Program-made: the position numbers and the translations under genes
Shown: positions 13,027 to 25,526 of the stretch, in pieces
Position numbering within the stretch: position 1 is the stretch's first letter
How the letters are laid out: each line of letters starts with the position of its first letter
DNA from: Lytechinus pictus
Taxonomy: Eukaryota
DNA length: 64,000 nt
Direction: 5' to 3'
Assembly: GCF_037042905.1 (NCBI RefSeq)
Contig: NC_087245.1
Location: 23,376,001 to 23,440,000 of the forward strand
The notes under the pieces: model-generated
The model's input: the letters and a program-made list of their open reading frames with translations, nothing else
Told to the model about the DNA's origin: nothing
Database searches by the model: none

Positions 13027-14455
13027 TTCGCTATTTAAGAATATAAGTATACATAATATAGCATGAATTTTGCAATAACGAGATAGAGCGTCCAACTTCG
13101 CCGGTCTCATTATTGATATCACTTTTATCTGAATGCTAGTTTCATCCTTATTACATAGAGCCCGCGGTCTCTTTTTATTTCTATTTTTTTTTGTAATGAA
13201 GCAAAGCATGGATCGAGCTTTAAAATGTGTAATCCATAACATGAAAATATTTCTTTTTATATATAGATATCATATTATATCATATTATATATCCTTTATA
13301 TTCATTCACTTCCCTGATATGAATAATCGCGACTCCGCATCAAAATGAATATGCTTATGTACTGTACATGCTATATTTTTCCCCATCAAAGCCTATAAAT
13401 TGGAAACACACGTCAGAAAAACAATTTGCCAAGCCACGCAATCGTATCCGGGAAACGTATAAAATCCCCTGAGGCATAAATCAGGGTGTATAGCAGCTTC
13501 GTGGAATTAACCTTGGAAACTAAATACAGAATATGATTATCCATGCACATTTAATCTGAAATATGTTTAGATTACGGCGCTACTTAATTGAAATAAGCAT
13601 GTGCATCAACAAATCAATTACAACGGTTTTCCCCGATTTTCCACTCTCCTTAAACTTGGCTAATTTCCCAGCTGGACTATATACAAGGATCGGATATACT
13701 TCTCAGACCGGGGGGGGGGGGGGGGGTGGTATCAAATTACTTTTGGGGTGGCCATTTCTCCTTTCTGCCCATTATTTACCACAGAAAATAGAAAATAAGC
13801 CCTCCCAAAAAAAATAATAGAGAGAAAGAAAAGGATAAATATATCTTTATCTTGGCTTTTCCGAATTATTCTACTTAGTTATTGAATACTTTGTTTTTTA
13901 TTTTTCTCGACATGTTCACTTTTTAACTTTATAATTATGTTATTCAATTATTATTTGTTTATCATGTATGTTTTATTATGTATAGTTTATTGTGAAAGCA
14001 ATCAGAACAATAAATTCAAGTCAAATCAAATTCAAACCTTCAAACGCTTAATCGACTCCGAATGCATTACAGGAAAATGAAGCCTATTAAACCAATTTAA
14101 TTATGCGTAAAAGAAACAAAAAATGAGATCATAAGAAAGTTATGGCCAAGGATTTGAATATTAAGATCACTAATGCTATATGCAGATTTTCTCATTGGCA
14201 AAGCAACTAATATCTGTGACGTCACACATCGTTCATTTTTCACTTAAATTTCCTTTAGTCTATCGCAAGATCAGGCGTTGTTCTTTTATGAGAGGGCATA
14301 TAGAAGTTTTCACAACATGATAATAATGTCATATCATTATAATGAATCAAAAGTTGTCGTTTTAGTGTATATTTTTTAGTTTTCAAAGGTAAGAGTTGTA
14401 CATGTGACATCACACATCTTCCTTCGCCAGGGCCAATGGGCGGATCTCCAATATA

Positions 14456-15299
14456 AAGGGTGTTTCTAAAATAAGTAACCGAAGTTCAAAGGTCAGCTAT
14501 ATCAAAAATACATAATTTATTCTTGTGATGTCTATTCTACATAGGTGTAACTCATCAACTTTAATTTGACACCTTCCTTGTGTCACAACTGCCACGGGTC
14601 ACGGAGTTATGGTCCATCGAAGGAACAAAACCCACTTTTTCCAAGTTTTGGGTTTCGATGTATACAGCACGAAACCTAGTTTGACATGTTTGATGTGAGG
14701 TTTTGGTTTCATCAGTGTTTTCCCTTCAAAATTTCAATAAAATCCTTTCCCTCTCTGTTAACTTCTGGTGAGTTACTGGCATTAAAACATCAACTGCCTA
14801 GCTTCGATCTCTGACAGTTGAACACGTCATTCACCCCTAGTAACTTTTGCATCAACACCTTCAACGTTTTCACAGTACCTCAAAGTTGATGCTGCATGTC
14901 TTGCGTTGCTACCATTGCGTGGTTGTGAAGAACATTTCTTAAATGCTAAAAATGTGCCTGCAAGTAAGCGAGGATGTGATGAGCCATAATTGTATCTAGA
15001 CACTAGCCGTTTACTCCACAAAAAATTATAAGGAGGGTAACTTTTCACTGAAATTTGCAGGGAAAATATCTGATGAAACCAAAACCTTACAACAAAGTTG
15101 GCTTCGTGCTCGTACATTAAAACCCATAACCCTTCGATGGACCATAACTCTGTGACCCTTGACAATTGTGACGCAAGGAATGTGTCAAATTAAAGTTGAT
15201 GAGTTACTCACTTATGTAAAATAGAAAACATAAGAATAAAACATGTATTCTTGATAAAGCTAACCCTTGAACTTCAGTTTATCCTTTTTAGAAGGCCTG
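14456..15299. mobile_element. Tc1/mariner-like non-autonomous element
   Basis: Long (~200 bp) imperfect TIRs, degenerate CAGGGTG-type termini, TA flanks; appears inserted in an older TIR element (~14070-15360). Confidence 0.75.
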
Positions 15300-16540
15300 T
15301 ATAAGTTAGTTTGTAGACATTCAACGCTCATAACTTTCTTTTTGTTTGTCCAATAATATTTCATATTGGTAGGTTTGTATACACCATTTCCGCTTCTGGC
15401 GCCCCTGTTTGGCATATCCACCCCCATTTGACTTCCACGATTTGAACAATAATCAAGTTCTGCATATTGTTTTAGAGGGAAAGTTCGTACATTTATGGCA
15501 AGCTCGTTATCGGGCCATCATTTGCATATCCATTATTTTGTTCGTCAATGGAAAAGTGGCGGGGAAAATACCATTTCGCTTAAACTCCCATACATGTGAA
15601 TGTTTAATGATATTGAGACGGTGTCTTGATCTGTAGGCATACGGAATAATAAACTTTATTAACCTAAAAATTATGGCAAAGTTTCAATAATGTGACTTTG
15701 TACTTTCCTCTTAATTACAGTCTTGCAAGGAAATTTCATTGTGGAATTTGTTGTTGCTTTTTACTGGTGAATAAATTTAGCAATCGATCGCGGTAATCAT
15801 GGTAATATATTTTTTTCTTACAAATTTGGTGATTGTAGCATAATAAGAAAGCTATTTCGCAATTTGTTTGCCAATTCCATGCTTCAGAAATGGTTTTATA
15901 CCCCCCCCCCCAATTTTCTTGGCGGGGTCTCGACATTCAGCGCTACCCCAAATAATTAGCATTACCGTTCACGATATGATCTCCTGCGCTCCATCATGTC
16001 CATGCTGTATATTAATTTTGATTACAAACAATGACTAGATTTTAAAATATTTTATATTTTGTTTCTGTAAATGTATACGCTATTTTCTGCATTATTTGCA
16101 ACCACTGACGTACAGATGGGGCCCATGAACCCCCCCCCCAAAAAAAAATAATAATAATAAAATAAATAAATAAATAAAAAGGGAAAGGATGTAATTTAAT
16201 ATATTTTATTTTCTGAATATTACGTGTATGTGAAAATCTATCACAAAATCAGATTTAAAAAAATCAAATGGTAGAAATATTTTGCTCATTCGCAGCCATT
16301 TAGATATTTTGCACCATACGCCATGACTGATCCCCTAAATTTGTTTGGCCCATTACATCACTGGTTTGAACGCAAAACAAAATCAAACAAGTTGGACATT
16401 TAAACTGGAAATTTTACCTTTCTCTCTATTAGATTTCAGATCGCATCTTTTAGAACCCATCTGTCTTATGTTAATTTCATCTGACAATGAATTCCATAAT
16501 AACAAAATTATCCATCTATCATCCCATTACACATCTAAAG

Positions 16541-18843
16541 CAGGGGCGGATCCAGCCTTCGCCAAAAGGGGGGGGGGGCGAATTTTTCATACCCATATTT
16601 TCCCCGATCGGCCGCTAAAAGTAGATTTTTGGTTTGTTTCTTTGAAGTGGGTAATCCTACAGACACTTTTCAGTTTTATTCTTATAAAACTACATAAATA
16701 TGCGACAATCCCACAAGCCCTATTTAAATAGTGCGAGCGAGGAGCGCAAGCTATTTTTTGTTGGATACTTCATGTATTTTGTGCTGGAAATTGAACAGTC
16801 TGGGCAATGTTTGTGATCCTGAACAAGATGCGTATGTAACTAGATAATCACTACGAGCGTTAAGGACTAGCAGAAATTTTTAGACTAAACCCAGGTAATC
16901 TTATAGTGACCTGTTAAGGACTGTTTGCAGTTAGCCATGAAGACAATCTTTCAACAATTAAAAAATGCAAGCGCAAAGCGCGAACGGAAAATTTTTGACA
17001 TTCCGAACCAAAAATGCCATTCTAAGCACTTTTTGGAGTCATGAACGGATAGGTATATAACTAAACAATTGAAGCGAGCAGAAAAAAAATGAGATTTCAG
17101 ACCTCAACAAAGGAGCTTTATTCATGTTTGTGAATCATGAAAAGGATGGGTAATTGGGTATCTTACCATATTAATGATGCGAGTGCGGATCGCGAGCAGA
17201 AAATTTTTGATATTCTCATCTGAAACTGGATAATTTAAGCACGTTTTAAATAAAGAACAAGCTGCGTATCTCAATAACCATGTGTGCACGTGTTTTAGAT
17301 TTCGATCTAGAATCTGTGCATTTTGAATACATTTTTAAAAATCTTTAAAAATCCATAATTCGAGCGCGAAACGCAAGTTGAAAATATTTGATATTGCGTT
17401 CTGAAAGAAGGGTCAATTTAAGCCCTATTTCAAGCACTGTGTAGGAAAATTGTGAATTGGATGTGAATCGCACTTAATAAATAATGCGAGCGCGAAGCGC
17501 GAGCGGAATTTTTTTTTAACATTCCGACCTAAACAAAATACCATTCTAAGCACTTTTTGTAATCATGAACGTGTAGGTATATAACTTAACAATTGAAGCG
17601 AGCACAGAGCGCAAGCGGAAAAAAAAAGAGATTTCAGACCTCAAAACAGGACACTTTATTCATGTTTTGTGAATCATGAAAAATATTGGTAATTGGGTAT
17701 CTTCCCACATTAACAATGCGAGTGCGGAGTGCGAGCAGAAAATTGTTGATATTCTCATCTGAATCTGGATAATTTAAGTACGTTTTAAATAAAGAACAAG
17801 CTGCGTATCTCAATAAACATGTGTGCACGTGTTTTAGACTTAAACCTATAATCTGGACATTCTGAATACATTTTTAAAAATCTTTAAAAATCAATAATGC
17901 GAGCGCGAAACGCAAGTTGAAAATATTTAATATTGCGTTCTGAAAGAAGGGTCAATTTAAGCCCTATTTCAAGCACTGTGTAGGAAAATTGTGAAGTGGC
18001 TGTGAATCGCACTTAATAAATGATGTGAGCGCGAAGCGCGAGCTGATATTTTTTTTAATTTTTATTTTGACCCAGAACCGGGACATTTAAGGACATTGTG
18101 TCATCATAATTATGAAAATGATGAAAAATCTTCCTATTCCTATTCCTAAGCGCGAGATGAAACTTGTCGATACTCCATTCTGAAAAATGAGACAATTTAT
18201 TAATTAGGAATAATTAATTCATGAAATGTTATTTTCTTATTTATTAATCTAATAAGCCTAATCGAGTGCGTGGAAATTGTTGATAAACTGTCATAAAGAG
18301 GGTATTTTAAGTAACGTGTTATAGAGGTATACATAACTTACCAATCAAAATGCGAGCGCTCTGCGCTAGCTGATACTTTTCCTGAAAAGGGATATTTTAA
18401 ATCTTTTATGGAATACACGAAGACAATAAGGTACTTGGCAAATCGAATAATGCAAGCGCGCAGTGCGAGGAAAAATGTTGATACTTCGACAAAAAAATGG
18501 ACATTTTACAGAGCACTTTTTCAAACAAAATAATGAAAGCTTGATGTCTGAGCTGAAATAATTTTTGTATATTGACTTCAAAACTTGGAATTTTAAGCTC
18601 CATATCAGCCTATTTAGCAAGATATGTATCTCACTGAAGAGGTGATGCGAATCGCGAGCGAAAATTTCATATAGTAACATGAAAGATTTTTATTTTTATT
18701 TTCAAGTCTTCCCCTCACCTTATTTTATTCACTCGTCTTTCTCCTCTTATTTTCCCCTTCTTCTTTTTTTTTCTCCCCCCCCCCCTTTTTTTTTTTGCTC
18801 CACCAATAGGGGGAGGGGGCTCGCCCCCATGGATCCGCCTATG
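16541..18843. mobile_element. Large non-autonomous DNA element with internal ~530-bp tandem duplication
   Basis: Imperfect TIRs CAGGGGCGGATCC / GGATCCGCCTATG; units start at ~16963, 17483, 18022; many GCGAGCGCGAAGCGCGAGC motifs. Confidence 0.65.
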
Positions 18844-19404
18844 CCTAAATGGATATGGAGACCGTGCCTTTTCATCTCTTGCTCCATGCATCTAGAACTC
18901 CCTCCCCTCTTCACTCTGTGAAATTGACAACATGAAACTCTTCAAAAAAATTTTGTCTCTCGAAACTCACCTATTTCAGCAGATGTGTAATATTTAGCTT
19001 ATGAGCCCGCGCCTATGAATGTTTTTGAACAGAAATATGGCGCAATATAAATGCTGTGGATCATCATCTTTATGACTTATCAAAACTGTATAGAGATTTT
19101 AAATTCAATCGTCTTTCTGGGTATCAGCACTCTCATTTATTGACCTCACATCAATGTGCAGGTATATCAGTATATACTTTTATGATATGTATCGCGGAAA
19201 ACCATTTATCTTTACGACGAAAAGTTTATTGTTGTGCCTTTTAAAGATCCGTGGTTTTTTTCTGAATTGTCGTTGCTTGGTAAGATTGGGGTATTCCCAT
19301 TTTGTATTATTATACTGGTATTATTACTTTTCTTCGCAATTTATTACTGAAATCTAATATGATTTTCTTCTAGAGGGACATATATCAATTTGACCATTTC
19401 CATA

Positions 19405-19648
19405 CACTGTAAAAAATATTGGGTAAAATTTTAACCAGCACTAGGGTAATTATGTGTCCAACCAATTTTGGGCAGTTTTTTACCCAATGCGGGATCACAT
19501 TGTCCAGTAAGGTTAAAAAATAAGCAGCAATTAATTTAGAATGGGCAAACTTTTCACCACACTGGATAAATAAAAATTCCCAAAAGAAATGCCCAATGTT
19601 GGTTGGACACATTATTACCCTCATGGAGCATTTTTTTTTTCCAGAGTG
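19405..19648. mobile_element. CACTA/EnSpm-like MITE
   Basis: CACTGTAAAAAA and imperfect TTTTCCAGAGTG termini, 2-bp TSD TA, internal inverted symmetry. Confidence 0.7.
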
Positions 19649-20582
19649 TAATCATAGCCATTTTGATAGTTGTTACCCCCGGTTTCATAGCAAAAAAGGT
19701 CTTCTCGTTTTCGGTGTTTCGAAGGTGTATATGCTTCGTTAAATTCTGATTAGGAATGTCCGAATTTGCAAATGACAAATTAGCAACACGTAGCAACATG
19801 TAAATCAAACAACTTTGTTAATTCGTATGCAATCACCATTTTTGTCAACAAATTTGCAGAGCAGGCATTTATTGTTTCAGATATGGCTTTTCTTAAACGG
19901 CGGATGCAAAACTTACTATTTTACAATTTTACTTTCTCTATAATTCTCGGCCTTTGTCAGTTTAGAACTGTCAAATTTAAATGTATTCATGTATATCGTT
20001 GTTTTTGTATTAGGATGTTAATTTCTTATTGATTTATGAACAAAATGCAGAATCTCCAGCAAAAGTGATGATAAAAAAAACAACCATACAAAAATTATAA
20101 ACATCAAACACTCCAATCAAGCAATGTTGGATGAATCATAATAGATTTAAAGTATATTTGATTTTATCCTTCTGATTACGAATTTTTAACTAAGATACTC
20201 CTGATCTAAAAATAACAAAGTATCAATTTGTCTTTTATGAAACATTTGTACTTTTTTTCAAAAATAATATCCAACATTAATGTTGTATGTTTATTTTTGT
20301 TCCCTCCACAATCCATATTATATCAAAATAGACCCATAATGCTATGAATTTTCGAGCTGAAGCTGTATATCAATTTCGACATCATATTTGCCTTTGCATT
20401 TTCTAGATCTGATTAACATGCCAAGAATTATTAAGAAATGTCCATTCATTCAACACCTTCGCTTCGCCCTCTCGTAATAAAAAGATAAAACATTTTCCAG
20501 ACATACAATATGTCACCGTAATTGGATATTACGATAACAATGGCAAGAAACAGGCCCATGGATAACAAAATTTCATGAGCTA

Positions 20583-20748
20583 AAAGGGCCGTGTAACGGG
20601 CGGGGGGGGGGGGGAGGGGGTTCACCCCCACTTTTTTTTCCAGAACCGTGGTACAAAAATATGAAAATGACTATCTGATTGTGATTTTGAGGATTTTTCG
20701 GCATGGTCAGCCCCCCCCCCTCACTTTCAATACCGTCCGCGGTTCCTG
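20583..20748. mobile_element. Short CAGGGGCC-TIR MITE, copy 1
   Basis: Reverse-oriented homolog of 38826-38980; 5-bp TSD AGCTA. Confidence 0.7.
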
Positions 20749-20881
20749 AGCTAGACCAAATAAATGATATCATTAATTGAAATTATGGGTTTTTTAGGGG
20801 GCACTATAAGAGAGTCACTCTACCCTTTGCTGGTTCTTACAAGTTCACAAGAAAACGAACACTTCAATACTATGCACTTAC

Positions 20882-21092
20882 CGTATATACTTTCAAATAA
20901 TTGGAGGGTGATAACTCTCTAACCGTCATCCGGATCCTGTAGTTTCTCTCTGCCTCTGTAGGGCATAGTTCTGAACATGTTTCAACTCTATCGGCTTTTT
21001 ATACCTATACCTGTCATCGAACAGCACGCGCAGAAACTTTCCCACTTGTTAACGACCGCCTGAGCTGAGGAGTTGATTTCTTTATGACGTCA
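20882..21092 (-). promoter_or_regulatory. Candidate Pol II core promoter and non-coding first exon, probably of the GPCR
   Basis: CRE TGACGTCA 21085-21092; TATAAAAA 21003-20996; Inr-like TCAG with A at 20972 (31 nt from TATA); donor CG|GTAAGT at 20881. Confidence 0.5.
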
Positions 21093-24000
21093 TTTAATAT
21101 TTTTATTATCAATGGATTCGATATAAGTAGATGAAACATCGGTAAGCCCAAACAAGTAATACAGAAAGGGATATACGCGGGCGATATAAACCCCTTAGAA
21201 GGATGCGTCAATTCGATTAAAGTGATTATAAAGACACGGCCTAAAAATTAATTTTGAGCTACCAAATCATATGCGTATGGGGGTTATAGGGGCCCGGACC
21301 CCCCGGGTAGGCGAAAAAGGGGGCGCCAAAAGAGGATGAAAAGAGCTCGCATCAATATTGTTTAGATGATACGTGTACCCATGATGTTCACGGTTGCAAA
21401 AAGTGCTTAGAATGTCTGATTGGGAAACATATCGATGGAAATATCCCCCGCCCCTTATTGGCGAAAGCTGGATCCGCCCCTGGTAAAGAAATCACAGATC
21501 CCACACACATAATTTTAGTAGGGCCTACCACTCTGAGGAGAAGTTAAATTAAATTGAAACCCCAAAGTGCTTCTATGTTTTCTGATCGCATTTATTCTTT
21601 CCAAAAAGTGGTATTACAACATATTTATGGATATTTTTTTCATGAACATATTAAAAAAGAGGTCTTTGATTGCCTTTCTTTGCACGTGATTATGAAAGAA
21701 GATAACTAAGGCACCTATGATTGCCTGGCGGGGGTAACATTTTCCGAAAAATACACAGGGGCTCCAAAATTAGGTCCCCCCCCCCCCCCCCGGTGCAAAA
21801 TCCTGGATACGCGCCTGCACATGTCACATTCCCGAAGAGAGGACGGCAGAAGCAAACTTCAATTAGGTCCTGCCATACTTTCTTCAGTTAATCATATTAT
21901 AATGTCTATGTACTCTACATGCATAATTCATGGAAAGAACCTATACGCGCCCAACTACTTTTTGTTTTGGTTTATGTTATATCATTCCCTGTCAACTTGC
22001 AATATTGCCCTTTTCTATTTTCTATCGTAAATTACTTTGTAGCTTTCCAATTGATTGGCAATGAAGTAATTGAATTAAAAATCAAACTGAATGAAACCAT
22101 TTCTGAATTAGGTCGGAATTCGCTTGTCACTCTCCCTTTTAATATACATCAAAGCGAGTTGTTTTTTGCTGTGACCCAACAACATTGATACAATTTTTTA
22201 ATGTACGGGAAATTTCGTTTACGAAGTTGTGTTTTGCGAGGTGTGATTTTTGTTTGTTTCAATTATTTTCATTTAGGCCTAAAGGTCTAATATAAATTAG
22301 AGTATTTTTTGTAAATGGAGATAAATTCCTGGAAATGTACGAATTTGTATATTTCAGGAGGGTTATTTTTGTCCTTTTCTCTTTCTAGTCCTCTCCTTGT
22401 TTCGCGTGTCATCCAGTGGCGTAACAGGCGGGGGCAGGGGGCAAGCTGCCCCCCCCCCCCCCCGGTGAATTTCACCGGGAAAAAACTGGGAAAAAGAGAA
22501 AAGGGAGAAAGGGAAAAGGGAAAGAAAGAAAGGAAAAGAGAAAGAGTGAAAAGAAAGTGACAGAAAGACGAAAGAACATAGAGAAAATGGCAGGAAACAT
22601 TTGAGAAAGTACAAAATACTTATACATTAGCATGATTAGCAAGAGAGGATATAAAAAAAATGAAAAGATATGACTCAATGGCATAGGAAAGAATGGCGGG
22701 AAAATTGGAAAAGGAGGCAAAAAGAAACGGGAAATGAAGGTAGAGCCAAACGCTAAATTGAAAAATCAGAATATGAAGAAAAGGTACAAGAAAAAAGGAA
22801 AAAAAAAAACTCAATAACATGCCCGGGCTGCCATGGATTGAAAAAATATAAAGAACGGGAAGAAAGGTGGATGGCGTCTATTATAAGCTTGCTAATTTTT
22901 TTGCAATAATGGTCGCAACCATGACAAAAATTCTTAGCCAAGGTCTAGTTTTTTTTATCGATCATAACCTATATAAGTAAAGCTTTACGCCTGCTAGATT
23001 TACGGTAAAAAGCATCTCAATGTTTTCTTTGGCTGAATTTCCGAAGCTACTATCACATACATGTAATTATAATTAAATTTCAAAATCTTTTTTATAAAAG
23101 GCCAAATTTTTCTGGCTCGCTTCGCTCGTTGGTGACTCTTTACAAAATTTTAATACACTGATTTGCTGTGTTGTGCTGCCTCAAAGTACTTCGTTTATTG
23201 TCCGCAACTGCTTTGAAGTGTTGTGTTGTGTATGTACCAGCGGTTTTAATAAAAAAAAGTGGCCATCTGCAATGTTAAAAAATATCACAAGGTTCCTGGG
23301 ACTCCGCCCCGGACCAGTGACGGCACCAAGGGGGATTGCCCCCTCCCACCCACCCCGAAATTTTGAGAAAAAAAAATAATATGTGTAGTAAATGTTTCAT
23401 AAGCATCTTAATAAAGCTGCAAAGTGCTCCAAAACACCTTTTTCGTTCTTTAAATTTTGAACATTTTCTCATCCATTCACTGTTAGCTCCCAATATGTCA
23501 ACACAAATCTTTCAGGTCATTATATAAAATTCAAAATTTCGCTCACGCTATGCGCTCGCAGTATAACTGTTGACTGAGATCAGTGAATTATCTGTTCACA
23601 TGGGGTATAAAATTCCAGTGTTCAAGTCAATATGCTTCCCGCGATTAGAGCTTTCATAATTTTAAGCGAGATACACATCCTGCCTATTCATAATTCTCAT
23701 AAATCAAATATTTTCAGCTTGCTCTACGCGCTCGCATCAATTGTTTAATGAGATAGCCATCTAGTTCATGAAAACAAAACGTGCTTAGAACTACCAGTTA
23801 TCATCTCGGGATATCAACATTTTTCAGCTCGCACTTCGCACTCGCATTATTTATTTGGTAAAATATAATCTTCATAATCTAGTGCAAACAGCTAGTCCTT
23901 AAGAGGTCCCTTTTCAAGTCAGTAGTGCCTACATTGAAAAATTAGCTCACACCCAAAATATTCTTTTGCCTCCCCCTAGGTTAAAAATCCTGGTGCCGCC

Positions 24001-25205
24001 ACTGCCCCGCCCCGGACCTATGCAATGCGCATAGCACTGGCCAAAAAAAGTTCTACAACCAAGAACAAAAAAGAAAAGGAAAGGAAAGAAGATGTAAGAA
24101 ATGATGTTATTTTCTGAATAGTTTGTCAAAATCAATTCCAAAGTTAGATTCTCGTGAAAAGGTGATTTTTTTATCGCCCTCTTCACTCGCTCGGGACTTA
24201 TATCAAGCAACTTATTGCCGCGCGCGCCATGCTGTGCCCCTCTTTTTTGTACTTATCACGCATTGAGCTGCTTCGCCCTATAATGTTCGGGCACAACCAT
24301 AAAAAATCCTGTACATAACATTATATGACCGTGAATTTTTTGGCTCTTGCCCCCCCCCCCCCCCGACCCCTGTTATGCCCCTGGTTATCCATCTCTCTCC
24401 CCTATTTCTTCTTCAACTCCATTCATCGGTTCTTTTTGATATTTTTCAATCCATTCCCTCAATTTAATTTCTCCTTCTCATTCTATTTTTTTTCCGTTTT
24501 CCTCTAACCCCAGTCTCCTCCTCCCTCTTTGTCTTTTTCTCTTCTACTCCTAAGCTCTACAATACCGTATTTAAAAAGGGTATGCGTATGGGATAAGACT
24601 TTCTTTTGTGTAACTTTGGGGGCACCCCCTAAGGCTGCGTCCAGCGTTGGTAGGCAGCGGCGTAGCAGGGGTCGGTGGCCAGGGGGGGGGGGGGTCAAGA
24701 GCAAAAAATTTCCCGGTCATAGGAAGTTGCCCCCCCCCCCCCTCCGACGAAAACCTACACCTTTTTGCTGAAAATGTTATCAAATTTCACTTAAAATTAT
24801 GTAGCGTTCATTTTCATTTGTTAGCAATGCACAAGTTCTCTGTGGTACTTCTGATCTATATGACATATCACTTTGTGCCCCCATTTTCGGGTTTCAATAG
24901 AAGTATCAAGAAAATCCTATGCAAGACCATGGACCTATCATGGCAAAACCAAGGTTGACACTGAAAATTTGTGATCTAAAACTCCCTTCCTCTCGAGAAA
25001 GATGACCCTTGTGATGCCCCCCCCCCCTCATCCAGAATAGCTTCCGGCTCACCTGGTAGGGGCCCTAAGTCAGTTACCTAAAATTCTGGGGGGGGGGGAA
25101 GTAATATGGGCATCCTTTCTATGTCTTCACAAATCCTGTCATTGGTTTTCCCCCAACGAACGTAGAGGGCAGCAACACACATCAGGTTTACCCCTACTGC
25201 CTCTA

Positions 25206-25377
25206 ACTGGGCGTTGTGGCGTGCGCCTGTACTCCAAGCTATGTGGGGAAGTTACAAATTGATGCAGAGATTCGAGCCCTGGTCACGTCTTTTGGATGGT
25301 GACGTTAAAGGTCGGTCCCAGACGTAAATAATCATATCTGATTGATACACGTCTGACAAAACTCAATACACACACAC
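25206..25377 (+). mobile_element. SINE-like element with 7SL (SRP RNA Alu domain)-like head
   Basis: ACTGGGCGTTGTGGCGTGCGCCTGTACTCCAAGCTA matches the recalled human 7SL 5' end at 28/36; B-box-like GATTCGAGCCC 25269-25279; (CA)n tail. Confidence 0.65.
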
Positions 25378-25433
25378 CAATATCTCTGCTAATGACCCCA
25401 CCATGTGCTTTCTTCAGATTTGTACACACATAT

Positions 25434-25526
25434 CAGGGGCCACGAACGGTTTTCTAAGTTTTATGTTTTTGTACATGGTTTTGGAAAAAAGTGGGAGGGG
25501 GGCCCCTCCCGCTTCCGTGGCCCCTG
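25434..25526. mobile_element. Short CAGGGGCC-TIR MITE, copy 2 (internally deleted)
   Basis: CAGGGGCCACG...CGTGGCCCCTG; 5-bp TSD CATAT. Confidence 0.75.

Noticed and set aside
13027..13242. N-terminal extension of ORF 12580-13242
   Set aside because: AT-rich and non-coding in character; an acceptor-like AG lies just before the MASIV ATG, which begins a signal peptide
22287..22941. Cluster of short Phe/Ser- or Lys/Arg-rich ORFs
   Set aside because: Products of purine-rich low-complexity sequence and poly-G/C tracts; the same applies at 32143-32838 and 38626-39152
25206..25500. Functional full-length 7SL RNA gene
   Set aside because: Similarity stops after the 5' Alu domain; no S domain or 3' closing strand seen
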